Origin: Bacteroidota bacterium
GTDB lineage: Bacteria > Bacteroidota > Bacteroidia > Palsa-965
Direction: 5' to 3'
Assembly: GCA_020402865.1 (NCBI GenBank)
Contig: JADBYT010000021.1
Span: 73,314 to 137,313 of the forward strand
DNA length: 64,000 nt
Made by a program: the position numbers and the translations under genes. Of the stretch, positions 29,612-40,333 are shown one piece after another (the stretch's first letter is position 1; every line of letters begins with the position of its first letter). The notes under the pieces are model-generated. The model searched no databases, was not told where the DNA came from, and saw only the letters and a list, made by a program, of their open reading frames with translations.

Positions 29612-30319
29612 ATGGCAGTACAAAGCACTCCTACCGATACCGGTTTGGTAAAAATGAAGATCCTCACCTTCAAAACTGAAAAGTTCGAGAAGGGTGATAA
29701 AGGTGATCCCGCTGAGTTTGAACTCATGTTCAACCCCACTACATATACATCAAAGTATGAAGTAGTGTATGAACCCGAACAGGGAAAAGGCAATACTGCC
29801 GGTGCCCCGAAGTTTGGCAAAATTAAACCGCGCGATTTCTCTTTTGAATTCATTTTCGACGGTACCGGTGTATCGGCTCCTAAAACAGACGTTCACTTAA
29901 AAATTCAGGATTTTCTCAAAGTGGCTGTCATAAGCCGCGAAGACACTCACCGTCCGCATTTCTTAACCCTGAATTGGGGGAAACTGGCTATTAATGTAAT
30001 TCTTAAAACAGCCGACATAGCCGTTACCCTGCTTGATGCGCAGGGCAATCCGCTCAGGGCTAAAGTTACTGCCACATTTACCGAAAGCATTGAAGATACC
30101 CTGCGCGTTAGGCAGGAAAACCAGCAGTCGCCAAACCTCACCCACCTCAGGCAGGTTAAAAACGATAGCAAACTGCCCATTATGGCATTGAAAGAATACC
30201 GCGACCACACCTACTACCTTTCTGTGGCACGCGCAAATAATCTCAACAATTTCCGCCGCTTAAACATTGGCAGCCAGATTAAATTGCCTCCGGTGGTAAA
30301 TGAGGAGAAAAAAGCATGA
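29612..30319 (+). CDS. LysM-containing tube initiator / baseplate hub protein (Afp7/Pvc7 analogue)
   Basis: 235 aa with a tube-like N-terminal part and a C-terminal LysM-like YYLSVARANNLNNFRRLNIGSQIKLP. Confidence 0.8.
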   Translation: MAVQSTPTDTGLVKMKILTFKTEKFEKGDKGDPAEFELMFNPTTYTSKYEVVYEPEQGKGNTAGAPKFGKIKPRDFSFEFIFDGTGVSAPKTDVHLKIQDFLKVAVISREDTHRPHFLTLNWGKLAINVILKTADIAVTLLDAQGNPLRAKVTATFTESIEDTLRVRQENQQSPNLTHLRQVKNDSKLPIMALKEYRDHTYYLSVARANNLNNFRRLNIGSQIKLPPVVNEEKKA

Positions 30320-32076
30320 GTAACGAGAATCAAAGGGTAATACCCACACCTAAGCCGAATGACCTTTCCACGTTTGATATCAAACTGGGAGGAAGCGATA
30401 TGAAGCCTGAATACAAGGTAACTTCTATCGACATTGGAAAGGTGTACAATAAAATCTCGTATGCCCGCATTACACTCAGCGATGGCGATCCGGCCACGCA
30501 AACATTTGCGATCAGTGACTCGGATGACTTCAAGCCCGGACAGGAAATTGAAATTCAACTGGGCTATCATGGCGAAAACGAAACTGTATTTAAGGGAATT
30601 ATTCTCGGACACGGAGTACGCATTCGCAACAACAAGGGCAATTTTCTGCTCATCGAAGCCCGCGATAAAGCAATTAAGCTTACCGGTGCACGAAAAAGTG
30701 CTTATTTCTACGAACAGAAAGACAGTGAAATAATTGAACAGCTTGCTTCCGGCGCCGGCCTGCAAACTGATGTGGAAGCCACCGGCGTGAAGCACAAAGA
30801 AATGGTACAGTACCACGTATCAGACTGGGATTTCCTGCTGGCACGTGCAGAAGCATGCGGATTGCTTGTGCTCACCGACGACGGTAAGCTGATAGCGAAG
30901 AAAGCAGACACCTCAGGCGAAATTGCACTTCAACTCGAATTCGGAGCCACCATGCTTGAATTTGAAGCCACAATGGATGCCGAAACGCAGGTGAAAGCCA
31001 TAAAAAGTAAAACCTGGAATTTCTCCGATCAGGAGCTGGTGGAAACAGAAGGCAGCGACCCCTCGGTAAACGGAAACGGAAACCTCGACGCTGCTGCACT
31101 GGCCGATGTGATGGGAATTGACCCGATGCCATTGCTGCATCCCGGAAAGTTTGAAGAACAGGAACTGAAAGACTGGATTGATGCACGTACTGTGAGGCAT
31201 AAGCTGGCCCGTATTTGCGGACATGCCCGTTTTCAGGGACTGGGAAGCATGAAACCGGGACAAATGATTGACCTCAAAGGCGTGGGCGACCGTTTTAACG
31301 GCAAAGCTTTTGTAACCGGCATCCGTCATCAGGTAAACGGCACAAACTGGACAACCGACTTGCAGTTTGGTTTCTCAGAACGTGGCTTTGCCGAACAGTT
31401 TGAACTGGCCGACCGAAAAGCATCGGGTATGTTGCCGGGTGTAAACGGACTGCATGTGGGCCTGGTGACCAAGCTCGGCAGTGATCCGGATGGAGAAGAC
31501 CGCATACAGGTGAAAATGCCGTTGCTCGACAATGCCGCTGAAGGGATATGGGCGCGCGTTTCCACGCCCGACGGAGGAAACAAACGCGGTATTTTCTTCC
31601 GCCCTGAAGTGGGCGACGAAGTACTGCTCGGATTCCTTAACGATGATCCCCGACAGCCGGTGGTGCTGGGCATGCTCAACAGCAAAAAGATGCCCGCACC
31701 CGTTACTGCCGACAGCGACGATAATCACATCAAAGGTATTTACACCCGCAGTGAGATGAAATTCTTTTTCGACGACGAAAAAAAAATCATCACACTCGAA
31801 ACACCCGGCAAGCAAACCGTGGTGATAGACGACGACAAAGGCGCCATTACGCTCACCGACAAAACAGGAAACATTGTGGAGATGAGCGACAAGGGCATCA
31901 CATTTACAAGTAAAAAAGACATCATTCTTGATGCCGCCTCGGGCGATATTAAGATGAGTGCCACAAATATTAAAGCAGAAGCCTCTGCACAGCTTACCGC
32001 CAAAGGAAGCGCAGGTGCCGAAGTTTCGGCCGGCGGAAATATGGTGGTTAAAGGTGCAATGGTTCAGATAAACTGA
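30316..32076 (+). CDS. VgrG-like spike (gpD/gp27-gp5 fusion; Afp8/Pvc8 analogue)
   Basis: 586 aa. The gp5 OB-fold region is RVSTPDGGNKRGIFFRPEVGDEVLLGFLNDDPRQPVVLGMLNS, followed by a beta-helical repeat tail. ATGA overlap with the previous gene. Confidence 0.9.
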   Translation: MSNENQRVIPTPKPNDLSTFDIKLGGSDMKPEYKVTSIDIGKVYNKISYARITLSDGDPATQTFAISDSDDFKPGQEIEIQLGYHGENETVFKGIILGHGVRIRNNKGNFLLIEARDKAIKLTGARKSAYFYEQKDSEIIEQLASGAGLQTDVEATGVKHKEMVQYHVSDWDFLLARAEACGLLVLTDDGKLIAKKADTSGEIALQLEFGATMLEFEATMDAETQVKAIKSKTWNFSDQELVETEGSDPSVNGNGNLDAAALADVMGIDPMPLLHPGKFEEQELKDWIDARTVRHKLARICGHARFQGLGSMKPGQMIDLKGVGDRFNGKAFVTGIRHQVNGTNWTTDLQFGFSERGFAEQFELADRKASGMLPGVNGLHVGLVTKLGSDPDGEDRIQVKMPLLDNAAEGIWARVSTPDGGNKRGIFFRPEVGDEVLLGFLNDDPRQPVVLGMLNSKKMPAPVTADSDDNHIKGIYTRSEMKFFFDDEKKIITLETPGKQTVVIDDDKGAITLTDKTGNIVEMSDKGITFTSKKDIILDAASGDIKMSATNIKAEASAQLTAKGSAGAEVSAGGNMVVKGAMVQIN

Positions 32077-32083
32077 TACAACT

Positions 32084-32374
32084 ATGGCAATGGCTGCAAG
32101 AGTGGGCGATATGCACGTATGCCCGATGGTTACCGGAACTGTGCCTCACGTAGGCGGCCCGGTTATGCCCCCGGGGGCGCCAACGGTTATGATTGGCGGT
32201 ATGCCCGCTGCCGTAGTAGGCGGTATGTGTACATGCACCGGCCCGCCAGATACCATTGCTAAAGGTTCGGCAACGGTAATGATTGGCGGACAACCCGCGG
32301 CACGCATGGGCGATACCACCGCTCACGGCGGAAGCATTGTAGTAGGTTGTCCGACAGTAATGATTGGCGGTTAA
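32084..32374 (+). CDS. PAAR-domain spike tip protein (Afp10/Pvc10 analogue)
   Basis: 96 aa, Gly/Pro-rich, with repeated PAAR-like motifs (MPAAVVG, QPAARMGD) and VMIGG repeats. Confidence 0.9.
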   Translation: MAMAARVGDMHVCPMVTGTVPHVGGPVMPPGAPTVMIGGMPAAVVGGMCTCTGPPDTIAKGSATVMIGGQPAARMGDTTAHGGSIVVGCPTVMIGG

Positions 32375-32398
32375 TAAATGATTTGACACAGACAGAAT

Positions 32399-32824
32399 AT
32401 GAATACCTACGATGTGAATTACGACTTTCTGGGAACCGGCTGGAGTTTCCCGCCCACCTTTAACCAGGTGGCCGGCGATGTGCAGCTTACTTCCATGCTC
32501 GACGATATTAAATCGAGCTTGCATATCCTGCTGTCAACCTCAATAAACGAACGAATTATGCAGCCCGACTATGGCTGCAACCTGAACCGGTTTCTGTTTG
32601 AACCTATGGACAGCAACCTGATCAGCTACATGGAGAAAATGATTAAGGATGCCATATTCTATCACGAAGCACGCATCCGTCCCGAAAAGATTGTCATTGA
32701 CTCCGAGTTTTACCTCGAAGGTAAAATTATCATTACGGTAGAGTTTACGGTTTCTGCCACCAACTCACGATATAATTTCGTTTACCCCTATTACCTCAAC
32801 GAAGGCAACGGCGTAAGCCGCTGA
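32399..32824 (+). CDS. GPW/gp25-family baseplate wedge protein (Afp9/Pvc9 analogue)
   Basis: 141 aa with the gp25 pattern DIKSSLHILLSTSINERIMQPDYGCNLNRFLFEP. Confidence 0.85.
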   Translation: MNTYDVNYDFLGTGWSFPPTFNQVAGDVQLTSMLDDIKSSLHILLSTSINERIMQPDYGCNLNRFLFEPMDSNLISYMEKMIKDAIFYHEARIRPEKIVIDSEFYLEGKIIITVEFTVSATNSRYNFVYPYYLNEGNGVSR

Positions 32825-32831
32825 TTGAACT

Positions 32832-35800
32832 ATGAGCGAAATCGACCATAACTGTGGCTGTGAAGTAAAAAACCCGTTGCAACGCGACGGAACCAGCCAG
32901 GCCGAACGCCTGCTAAAGGCGCTTGACCCGACATACGTGCAGGTTGACGAACGTAATATCGATGACCTGCTGCGATTCGCACTGAAATACGCGGAGAAAC
33001 TCAATTTTTATAACGAAGGGAATCAGTTGAACGGCAACTGGTATAACTTCCTGGCGAAAGACGTGTCGGTACTTTGTGCAAACATTAGCGGCACCAACCT
33101 CGATCAGCTGGTGAAAGACTTCCGCAGCGCATTCCAGAAATTGGATTTGCTTGCACAGCTCAATGCACCTTCTCCGGCCGAAATTACGGAAGCGAAAACC
33201 ACCTACCTCTCGCTTTATAAACCTGTAATTGATCTGATCAACCTGCTGGGACAGTGGCACGACCTGTGCGACGAAAAGCTGACCCTGCGTTCGGACCTTT
33301 CGCTCTATTTCACATCTGTGTTCAGCGAAGGATTCAGTCGTTTCCGAAACATTGATGCCGCTGCAGCCAATCCGCTCTATGATCTTTTACCCGAACCTCC
33401 CCCACCGGGAGTAAGCTCATGGGCTGTAAACGGACTTTCAATCAACTCCGACTGGCTGACCCAGATCAATACAACACCTGTAACACCAAACTTCGACATT
33501 TTCGTTGGGCTTTCGCCTGCTCAAAAGCATAAATGCACACTCGCAGCGGCTTATTTCATCAGAGGTATTTTTGATGAATTCTACATGGCCCTGCTCAATA
33601 TTATTTCGCGGGCTCCTGAATACCTGCTCAAGAGTCTTGAAGCGTTTCCCTACCACAAAGCGCAGGCGGGTTTGTTTCTTGCTTTTTTGCAATTGTTTGG
33701 CTACGCACAAAAGCACATCAATAAAATTACCCGCCGCCATCTTGATTTCTATTTTGACCGCGTACTTAAACTCGAACGCAAACCGGCAGTAGCCGACAGT
33801 GTTCATCTTATTTTTGAACTGGCAGCCAATGTGGCACAGTTTGAAATTAAAGAAGACACATTGCTCAAAGCCGGTAAAGATGCTTTAGGCAAACCACTTT
33901 CATACGGCACCGACGATACGCTGGTATTTAACAAAGCACAGGCTACTGAGTTCAAAAGCATTTACATCCAGCGTTACAAACCCTCAGACGGTATTGAACG
34001 TACAGCCTTGTTTGCCTCACCTGTAGCGAATTCGGCAAACGGACTTGGTGCCGCATTAGATACTGCATTGCCGCAATGGGAAGCTTTCGGCTCACCACAA
34101 CTGTCGCTGGAAACCGGCTTTACACCTGCGTTCAGCATGCCCGATGCCACAGTAGGTTTTGCCATTGCATCGCCACAATTAATTTTGCGCGAGGGTGAAC
34201 GAAAAATTATTGTTACCGTTACCCTCAAAAATAATCTCTCTGGGTTTCCTGCTTCGCCTCCGGCATCGGCATTCAATTTTCAGATTACTACCGCCAAATC
34301 GTGGTTTACTTTCGATGCAGTAGCCAACCCTGCTACGGTGGATATTGACTATGTGGCGGGCAGCCGGAAACTCATCTTCACCCTTACCCTGCTCAACGAT
34401 GATCCGGCAACCTCGGCCTGGAACAGCAAAGTGCATGGCGGCACCTACTCATCGTCGCTCTGGCCAGTGATGCGGGTAACGCTGAACAACAACATCGCAA
34501 ACGGAAACATCTGGCAGCTTCTTCAGAATGCCGAGCCCGAAAGTGTGAATGTAACTGTGGAGGTAAAAAATCTGCAAAGCATCATTATTCAGAATGATGC
34601 GGCCAAAGGCGATCCGGCCAAACCTTTCCAGCCCTTTGGTGTTCAGGCCCCGCGCGGTGCCGCATTTTACATTGGCAGCGATGAAATTTTATACAAAAGT
34701 ATTTACGAACTCAATGTAACGGTTGACTGGCACGAAACTCCTGAGCTTCAGTTTAAGGATCATTATCAGCATTATTTCAGTGTGCCGGCCACCACTTCGC
34801 CTACTGCAGCTGCGGTAACCGTGTTAGGTGGCAATAACCCGTTTGCGAATAATCAGTCGGTACTGGCTACGGTAAGTTATCTCTCCGGACGTGTGTGGAA
34901 AAAACCCGATGTACAAAATTTACCCACACCAGGACCCGGAATTGCCAGAGTGATAAATAATACCAATGATGTGCAGGTAACCCTGTTTCAGAATACCGCC
35001 ACCGATCTTCATACCTTTTCCTTCCAGTCGTCGAATCCGGCAACACAAAGACCCATTTTCAATGCTGATTTACCGGATCCCGATCAGTTTGAAGAACTGA
35101 AAGAATTTACCACCACTACACAGCGCGGTTTTATTCGTTTGCAGTTAGGCAATCTGGATTTTCAGCACAACAAGTATGCTGCCGCACTGATGCGTGCCGC
35201 GCAATTAAACAGCACGCCCGGCACACCACAAATTGCACGTATAAATCCGCCTTACACCCCCATTTTTAAATCCATCAGCGCCTCCTACAAATCAGGACGC
35301 AACCTGAATACCACACACGATCAGTTTTACCTTGTTCATCCGTTTGGCGAGGAGCGCGTTACGTTCGACGCAAACGGCTCTTTTGTATCCACAACGGCCA
35401 TCAATACGCCGCCCGAAGAAGCCGGTGCTTTTCGCAGTGCATCCAATCCAGCCATTATGGCCGATCCGGGCGATGCGGAAATAGCCGAAGTAGTGGGAAG
35501 CGGAAAAGCATCCAGTCGTTGTCTTGTACCCAAGTACACCATTAACGAAAGCATAGACACAAGGCCGGAACCGATAGCGCGCAGACTGGAAGGCATGTTG
35601 TTTATCGGGCTCAAAGGCTTGAATCCACAGGAAAGTGTATCAATGCTTGTACAAACGGTTGACGATAGTGCCGATCCCAACCAGAACCAGCCTGAAGTAC
35701 ACTGGAGCTACCTGCGAAACAATGAATGGGTTGCCCTTGATCAGTCGATGCTCATTTCCGATACCACCAACGGCTTCATCAACAGCGGCCTAATCGAACT

Positions 35801-36797
35801 GAGCATACCCGAAGACGCCAGCAACACCAACTCCATACTTACCAATGGTTTGCACTGGCTGCGGGCTGCCACCGTGCTCAAGGAAGATCCGGTAATTGAT
35901 GCACCTGTACTTACACTGCCCGGTTCCACCAGTGCGCTGAGTAATGTACTAAACATACACACCCAGGCCATAAAAGCCAGTTTCCGAAACAACAACAACG
36001 ATCCCGAGCACCTGCGTGAGGCCCTGCCGGCTGCCACCATCTCGAAACTCGAAAACAGCAACTCGGCTATTAAATCAGTAAGCCAGCCCTACGCTTCATT
36101 TGGCGGTAAACTCAGCGAAGCCGGAAATGAATACTACCGCCGTGTCAGCGAACGTTTGCGCCATAAAGGCCGCGCCATTACCATCTGGGATTACGAACGC
36201 CTTGTGCTCGAAAACTTCCCTTCAATTTATAAGGTGAAATGTATTAACCACATGCGTCACCGCATCATCAACAACGAAGCCTGCTTCAACCAAATGGCCG
36301 GAGGCGGTGTAACAGTTATTGTGGTGTCGAACCTGCGCAACCAAAATCTGGTAAATCCGCTTCAACCCACTACCAGTACAGCCACGCGCGAAGAAATCAG
36401 ACTCATGCTGAAAAAACGGAATTCGCGTTTTGCCGATGTAAGTGTGATTAATCCGGTGTACGAGGAAGTACAGGTACATTTCAAAGTGTATTTCGGAAAA
36501 AAATGGAGCAGTGATAAAGGTTATTACAGTTCACTGCTCAACGAAGACATTAAGAAATTCCTCTCGCCCTGGGCTTATGCCGAAGGCACCGACATCCGCT
36601 TCGGAGGTAAACTGCACGCATCATACATCCTTAATTTCATTGAGGAACGCGAATACGTGGATTATATCACCGATTTCAAAATGTACAGAGCCGAAAATGG
36701 TGAAGTACCTGCAAATAGTCAGCCGCTCGAAGAAATAAGCGCATCACAGGTATATTCCATTCTTGTATCAGCTCCTAATCATATTATCTCGTATTGA
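32832..36797 (+). CDS. Very large baseplate J/gp6-like protein (Afp11/Pvc11 analogue)
   Basis: 1321 aa. The C-terminal region KGRAITIWDYERLVLENFPSIYKVKCINH is characteristic of eCIS baseplate-J proteins. The protein is much longer than canonical versions. Confidence 0.75.
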   Translation: MSEIDHNCGCEVKNPLQRDGTSQAERLLKALDPTYVQVDERNIDDLLRFALKYAEKLNFYNEGNQLNGNWYNFLAKDVSVLCANISGTNLDQLVKDFRSAFQKLDLLAQLNAPSPAEITEAKTTYLSLYKPVIDLINLLGQWHDLCDEKLTLRSDLSLYFTSVFSEGFSRFRNIDAAAANPLYDLLPEPPPPGVSSWAVNGLSINSDWLTQINTTPVTPNFDIFVGLSPAQKHKCTLAAAYFIRGIFDEFYMALLNIISRAPEYLLKSLEAFPYHKAQAGLFLAFLQLFGYAQKHINKITRRHLDFYFDRVLKLERKPAVADSVHLIFELAANVAQFEIKEDTLLKAGKDALGKPLSYGTDDTLVFNKAQATEFKSIYIQRYKPSDGIERTALFASPVANSANGLGAALDTALPQWEAFGSPQLSLETGFTPAFSMPDATVGFAIASPQLILREGERKIIVTVTLKNNLSGFPASPPASAFNFQITTAKSWFTFDAVANPATVDIDYVAGSRKLIFTLTLLNDDPATSAWNSKVHGGTYSSSLWPVMRVTLNNNIANGNIWQLLQNAEPESVNVTVEVKNLQSIIIQNDAAKGDPAKPFQPFGVQAPRGAAFYIGSDEILYKSIYELNVTVDWHETPELQFKDHYQHYFSVPATTSPTAAAVTVLGGNNPFANNQSVLATVSYLSGRVWKKPDVQNLPTPGPGIARVINNTNDVQVTLFQNTATDLHTFSFQSSNPATQRPIFNADLPDPDQFEELKEFTTTTQRGFIRLQLGNLDFQHNKYAAALMRAAQLNSTPGTPQIARINPPYTPIFKSISASYKSGRNLNTTHDQFYLVHPFGEERVTFDANGSFVSTTAINTPPEEAGAFRSASNPAIMADPGDAEIAEVVGSGKASSRCLVPKYTINESIDTRPEPIARRLEGMLFIGLKGLNPQESVSMLVQTVDDSADPNQNQPEVHWSYLRNNEWVALDQSMLISDTTNGFINSGLIELSIPEDASNTNSILTNGLHWLRAATVLKEDPVIDAPVLTLPGSTSALSNVLNIHTQAIKASFRNNNNDPEHLREALPAATISKLENSNSAIKSVSQPYASFGGKLSEAGNEYYRRVSERLRHKGRAITIWDYERLVLENFPSIYKVKCINHMRHRIINNEACFNQMAGGGVTVIVVSNLRNQNLVNPLQPTTSTATREEIRLMLKKRNSRFADVSVINPVYEEVQVHFKVYFGKKWSSDKGYYSSLLNEDIKKFLSPWAYAEGTDIRFGGKLHASYILNFIEEREYVDYITDFKMYRAENGEVPANSQPLEEISASQVYSILVSAPNHIISY

Positions 36798-36799
36798 TT

Positions 36800-39700
36800 A
36801 TGACAGACCGCCAGCTCACAATACCTAAAACACCCGAGCTCGATACGAGTGAAAACTACTCCCTGCTCAGCAGCGAAGGAATAAAATTTATCGAACGGCT
36901 TTCTTCCAAAATCTGGACTGATTACAACGTTCACGATCCGGGTATTACCATTATGGAATTGCTGTGCTATGCCATTACCGATCTTGGCTACCGCACGTCA
37001 TTCCCGCTCGAAGATATTCTGGCTCCGCATCCGTCGGAAAATAATCCTGCACGCGATTTTTTCACCGCCGCAGAAGTATTGCCTGTTAATCCAACCACTG
37101 AAACTGATTTACGCAAAATAATCATTGATGTAAAAGGAGTAAAGAATGCGTGGATTACCACGGCACGCACCAGCGAAGCTCCTGTGTACATAAACAGCAA
37201 CTACGGAGAGCTTACCAACAATCCCGCTTTTGCCACGGGCATACTTCCGCTCAACGGCCTTTTCAATATCATGCTTGAATATGAAATGCCGGGCGACGGA
37301 AAGGAAGAAAGTGAACTAAATACCGAGGAAAAACAAATCAGAGCGAACGTAAAAGAACAGACCCGTCGCGATGTGCATGCAGCCGTAATGGCCTACCGCA
37401 ACCTTTGTGAAGACCTTCTCGGAATCAGTGAAGTAAGCATCAATGAAATTGCCATCTGCGCCGATATTGAGGTGCGGCAGAATGCCGATATCAATCTGGT
37501 GATGGCAAAAATTTACCAGATTGCCATTAACTACTGCTCGCCTTCACTCAATTTCTACACCCTTGAAGAAATGCTCGATAAGAGCTACACGGTGGATGAA
37601 ATTTTTGAAGGACCGCTGCTTCGTCACGGATTCCTCGATAACACGGAAGTAGAAAATGCCAACCTGCGCGAAAAACTATATACGTCTGACCTGATCAATG
37701 CCATTATGGACATTGAAGACGTGATTGCTGTGCGTGGTTTTAAACTGCTGCGTTATGAAGATGGCGTACTGAAAGATACCGAACCGTGGATCCTTTCGCT
37801 TAATCCGGGGTTTGCGGCACAGTTTTCGCGACTGAAATCAAAGCTTCTTTTTTATAAAGGTCTGCTGCCGTTCATGGCTCAGCAGGATGAAGTACTGGTT
37901 GAACTAAACCGTTTGCAGCAAAGCAGCGGACGATTCCGCAAAACCGGGCATAAGATGGACATTGAAGTGCCCAAAGGAAAATGGCGTGAGTTGAATGACT
38001 ATTTCCCGGTACTGAATGATTTTCCGCTGGTGTATGGTATTGGACAGCCCGGATTGTCTGACAATGCTTCCGACCTGCGAAAGGCACAGGCGCGGCAGTT
38101 AAAAGCCTACATGCTTTTTTTCGAGCAGCTGCTTACTAATTATCTGGCTCAGCTGGCCGGCGTACGCAAACTCTTCTCGGCATCAGAAACCGTTGACCGG
38201 CGTACACTTACAGTTACCGGCAGAAGTTATTATACCCAACTGCTTAAAGATTATTCGGCAGATGAGCAAAGCGGTATAAACGATTTCAACAGCCTGATCA
38301 ACTTTACTGAATATCAGGAAGAGCTCAATAAGCTGGTGGAAGACGAATCGCTTTTTGCCGAACGGCGTAACCGTTTTCTCGATCATTTGCTGGCGCGTTT
38401 CTGCGAAAGCATGACCGAATACAGCCTCATTCTTTTTCACCAGATGGGCAAGGAAGCCGGAAGCCTGCGTCTGGTTGCCGACAAAGAAGCCCTGCTGCGC
38501 GACTACAGTCTGCTGAGCCGCGACAGAGGCAAGGCATTTAACTACCGCAAAAAAATTCCCAATGCAACGCCTCCGCCTGCACAGCTTCCTGATGTCTGGA
38601 ATACCACCAATGTGGCCGGACTGAAAGTACGCATTGCACGCCTGCTGGGTATGGCCGGTGTACCCGTGGAAGATGATGACGACAGTAACCTGCGTGTAAT
38701 AAGCACCGGTACCAACAGATGGCGCGTACAATTAGTAAACGCAAACGGTGATTTGCTGCTTGATACGCCCAACTTCTCCACGTTTGAGCTGGCCCAGAAA
38801 CGCTACTACGAAATTCGCGAAAGCGGCATGCTGGCGTCGAACTTTGTAACCGACACTGGCGACCTTTCACTCCGCCTGAATGATACAGGCGATAACAGCC
38901 GCGAACTGGCCTACCAGTTTTTCGACAACCTGACAGAACTCAATACCTTCTCGGCACAGGCCATTGCGCTGCTTGCCGAAGACATTATCATCGACCGCAT
39001 TCGCCGCAGAAGCATTGCTACCGACATGTTCAGCATTCAAACATGTACGGCAAACTCTGCTCCCGGCTGGCAGGTGGTAATGAATGCCCCGGTAAACGAC
39101 AATCCCGGAGCGCCTGTGCAAACCTTCCTCACTACCGTGTGTGAAGACAGCCTCGAATGTGCCGAAGGGCATCTGCTCTTCATGCTCCACTCGGGCGATG
39201 AAGAAGATAACTACGTGATGAAAGACAACGGGCCGGCCGATTTTTCATTCGAATTTTACGACGATTGCGAGCCGCCCCGTCTGGTTGCCAGAGGCAATAC
39301 CTTCACCACAGCCGAAGCCCGCAACGCCACATTTACCCGTTTGCTATTCCTCTTCCGCGACAGATGCGATATTGAAGATTTTCACCTGCTTGAGCACATT
39401 CTGCTTCGTCCGCGTGTGCCCATGAACCCCGAAAACGTGCCGTATGAAAATGTGCTGCCGGCCTGCCAAACTTTGCGACGCAGTTCGGAATACAGCCAGG
39501 AAAATTTGTTTGAATACGATTTTCACGACAACGGGTCAAATACATTCAGCCTGCGCATTTTTAGTAAGCAGGAAAATGGCAACTACCGTAAAAACGGGCA
39601 GCAATTTTTGCCGCAGGTAAATGGTGATTACCTCAAAATAATTGAAACAACACCGGAGGTGGAAGATCCGGCCGAATTACGCGAATTACTCGGCGCAATT

Positions 39701-40300
39701 CGCCGCCGCGGAATGGCCGAAAGCAACTACAGGCTCAATCCGCCGGCCGACGTTTCAACAGACAGCTGGACGGTAGAACTGCTTGGCGATTCTGGCACCT
39801 CAAACACAGTATTGTGCGAAATAATACCGGTATTTCTTACAGAGGCGCTGGCCCGCGAATTTGTAGAAAAACTGGCCAACTGGCTTGCCTTTAAAACAAT
39901 AAGCTGGGAAAGCTATTTGCCTGCAGAATGCGACATTCCCGATGATCCGTATTCATTCCGTATGTCGTTTATCCTGCCGGCCTGGCCTACCCGTTTCCGC
40001 AGTTCGTACTTCCGCGAATTTGTGGAGCGCACCATCCGCGAAGAAACACCCGCACATATTTACGTGAAAATATGCTGGGTTAGCCTTCAGCAGATGCGCG
40101 GCTTCGAACTGGCCTACCGCCCCTGGCTCGAATCGCTCAATACAAACGAGTATCCCGATGCCACGCTTACCAACCAGCTAATTACACAAATGGGTAATCT
40201 GTATAACGTGTATCCCACAGCCATTCTGCATAGTTGCGATGACATTGATGCCGACGAACCGCAGATGATACTCGATCAGACCACCTTAGGAAATCAATAA
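36800..40300 (+). CDS. Large baseplate wedge protein (Afp12/Pvc12-like)
   Basis: About 1166 aa from the ATG at 36800. N-terminal YNVHDPGITIMELLCYAITDLGYR and the later HLLEHILLRPR motif are as I recall them from eCIS Afp12-position proteins. Confidence 0.65.
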   Translation: MTDRQLTIPKTPELDTSENYSLLSSEGIKFIERLSSKIWTDYNVHDPGITIMELLCYAITDLGYRTSFPLEDILAPHPSENNPARDFFTAAEVLPVNPTTETDLRKIIIDVKGVKNAWITTARTSEAPVYINSNYGELTNNPAFATGILPLNGLFNIMLEYEMPGDGKEESELNTEEKQIRANVKEQTRRDVHAAVMAYRNLCEDLLGISEVSINEIAICADIEVRQNADINLVMAKIYQIAINYCSPSLNFYTLEEMLDKSYTVDEIFEGPLLRHGFLDNTEVENANLREKLYTSDLINAIMDIEDVIAVRGFKLLRYEDGVLKDTEPWILSLNPGFAAQFSRLKSKLLFYKGLLPFMAQQDEVLVELNRLQQSSGRFRKTGHKMDIEVPKGKWRELNDYFPVLNDFPLVYGIGQPGLSDNASDLRKAQARQLKAYMLFFEQLLTNYLAQLAGVRKLFSASETVDRRTLTVTGRSYYTQLLKDYSADEQSGINDFNSLINFTEYQEELNKLVEDESLFAERRNRFLDHLLARFCESMTEYSLILFHQMGKEAGSLRLVADKEALLRDYSLLSRDRGKAFNYRKKIPNATPPPAQLPDVWNTTNVAGLKVRIARLLGMAGVPVEDDDDSNLRVISTGTNRWRVQLVNANGDLLLDTPNFSTFELAQKRYYEIRESGMLASNFVTDTGDLSLRLNDTGDNSRELAYQFFDNLTELNTFSAQAIALLAEDIIIDRIRRRSIATDMFSIQTCTANSAPGWQVVMNAPVNDNPGAPVQTFLTTVCEDSLECAEGHLLFMLHSGDEEDNYVMKDNGPADFSFEFYDDCEPPRLVARGNTFTTAEARNATFTRLLFLFRDRCDIEDFHLLEHILLRPRVPMNPENVPYENVLPACQTLRRSSEYSQENLFEYDFHDNGSNTFSLRIFSKQENGNYRKNGQQFLPQVNGDYLKIIETTPEVEDPAELRELLGAIRRRGMAESNYRLNPPADVSTDSWTVELLGDSGTSNTVLCEIIPVFLTEALAREFVEKLANWLAFKTISWESYLPAECDIPDDPYSFRMSFILPAWPTRFRSSYFREFVERTIREETPAHIYVKICWVSLQQMRGFELAYRPWLESLNTNEYPDATLTNQLITQMGNLYNVYPTAILHSCDDIDADEPQMILDQTTLGNQ

Positions 40301-40333
40301 AGAAAAACGTATTACACCTCAATAACTTCCGCT

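Noticed and set aside
30316-32374. VgrG and PAAR genes as part of a type VI secretion system
   Set aside because: They are embedded with a tape measure, a Pvc16_N-like protein, an Afp15-like AAA+ ATPase and LysM/gp25/baseplate-J genes. No T6SS membrane-complex, TssA or ClpV-type genes are visible. This gene set is diagnostic of an eCIS rather than a T6SS.
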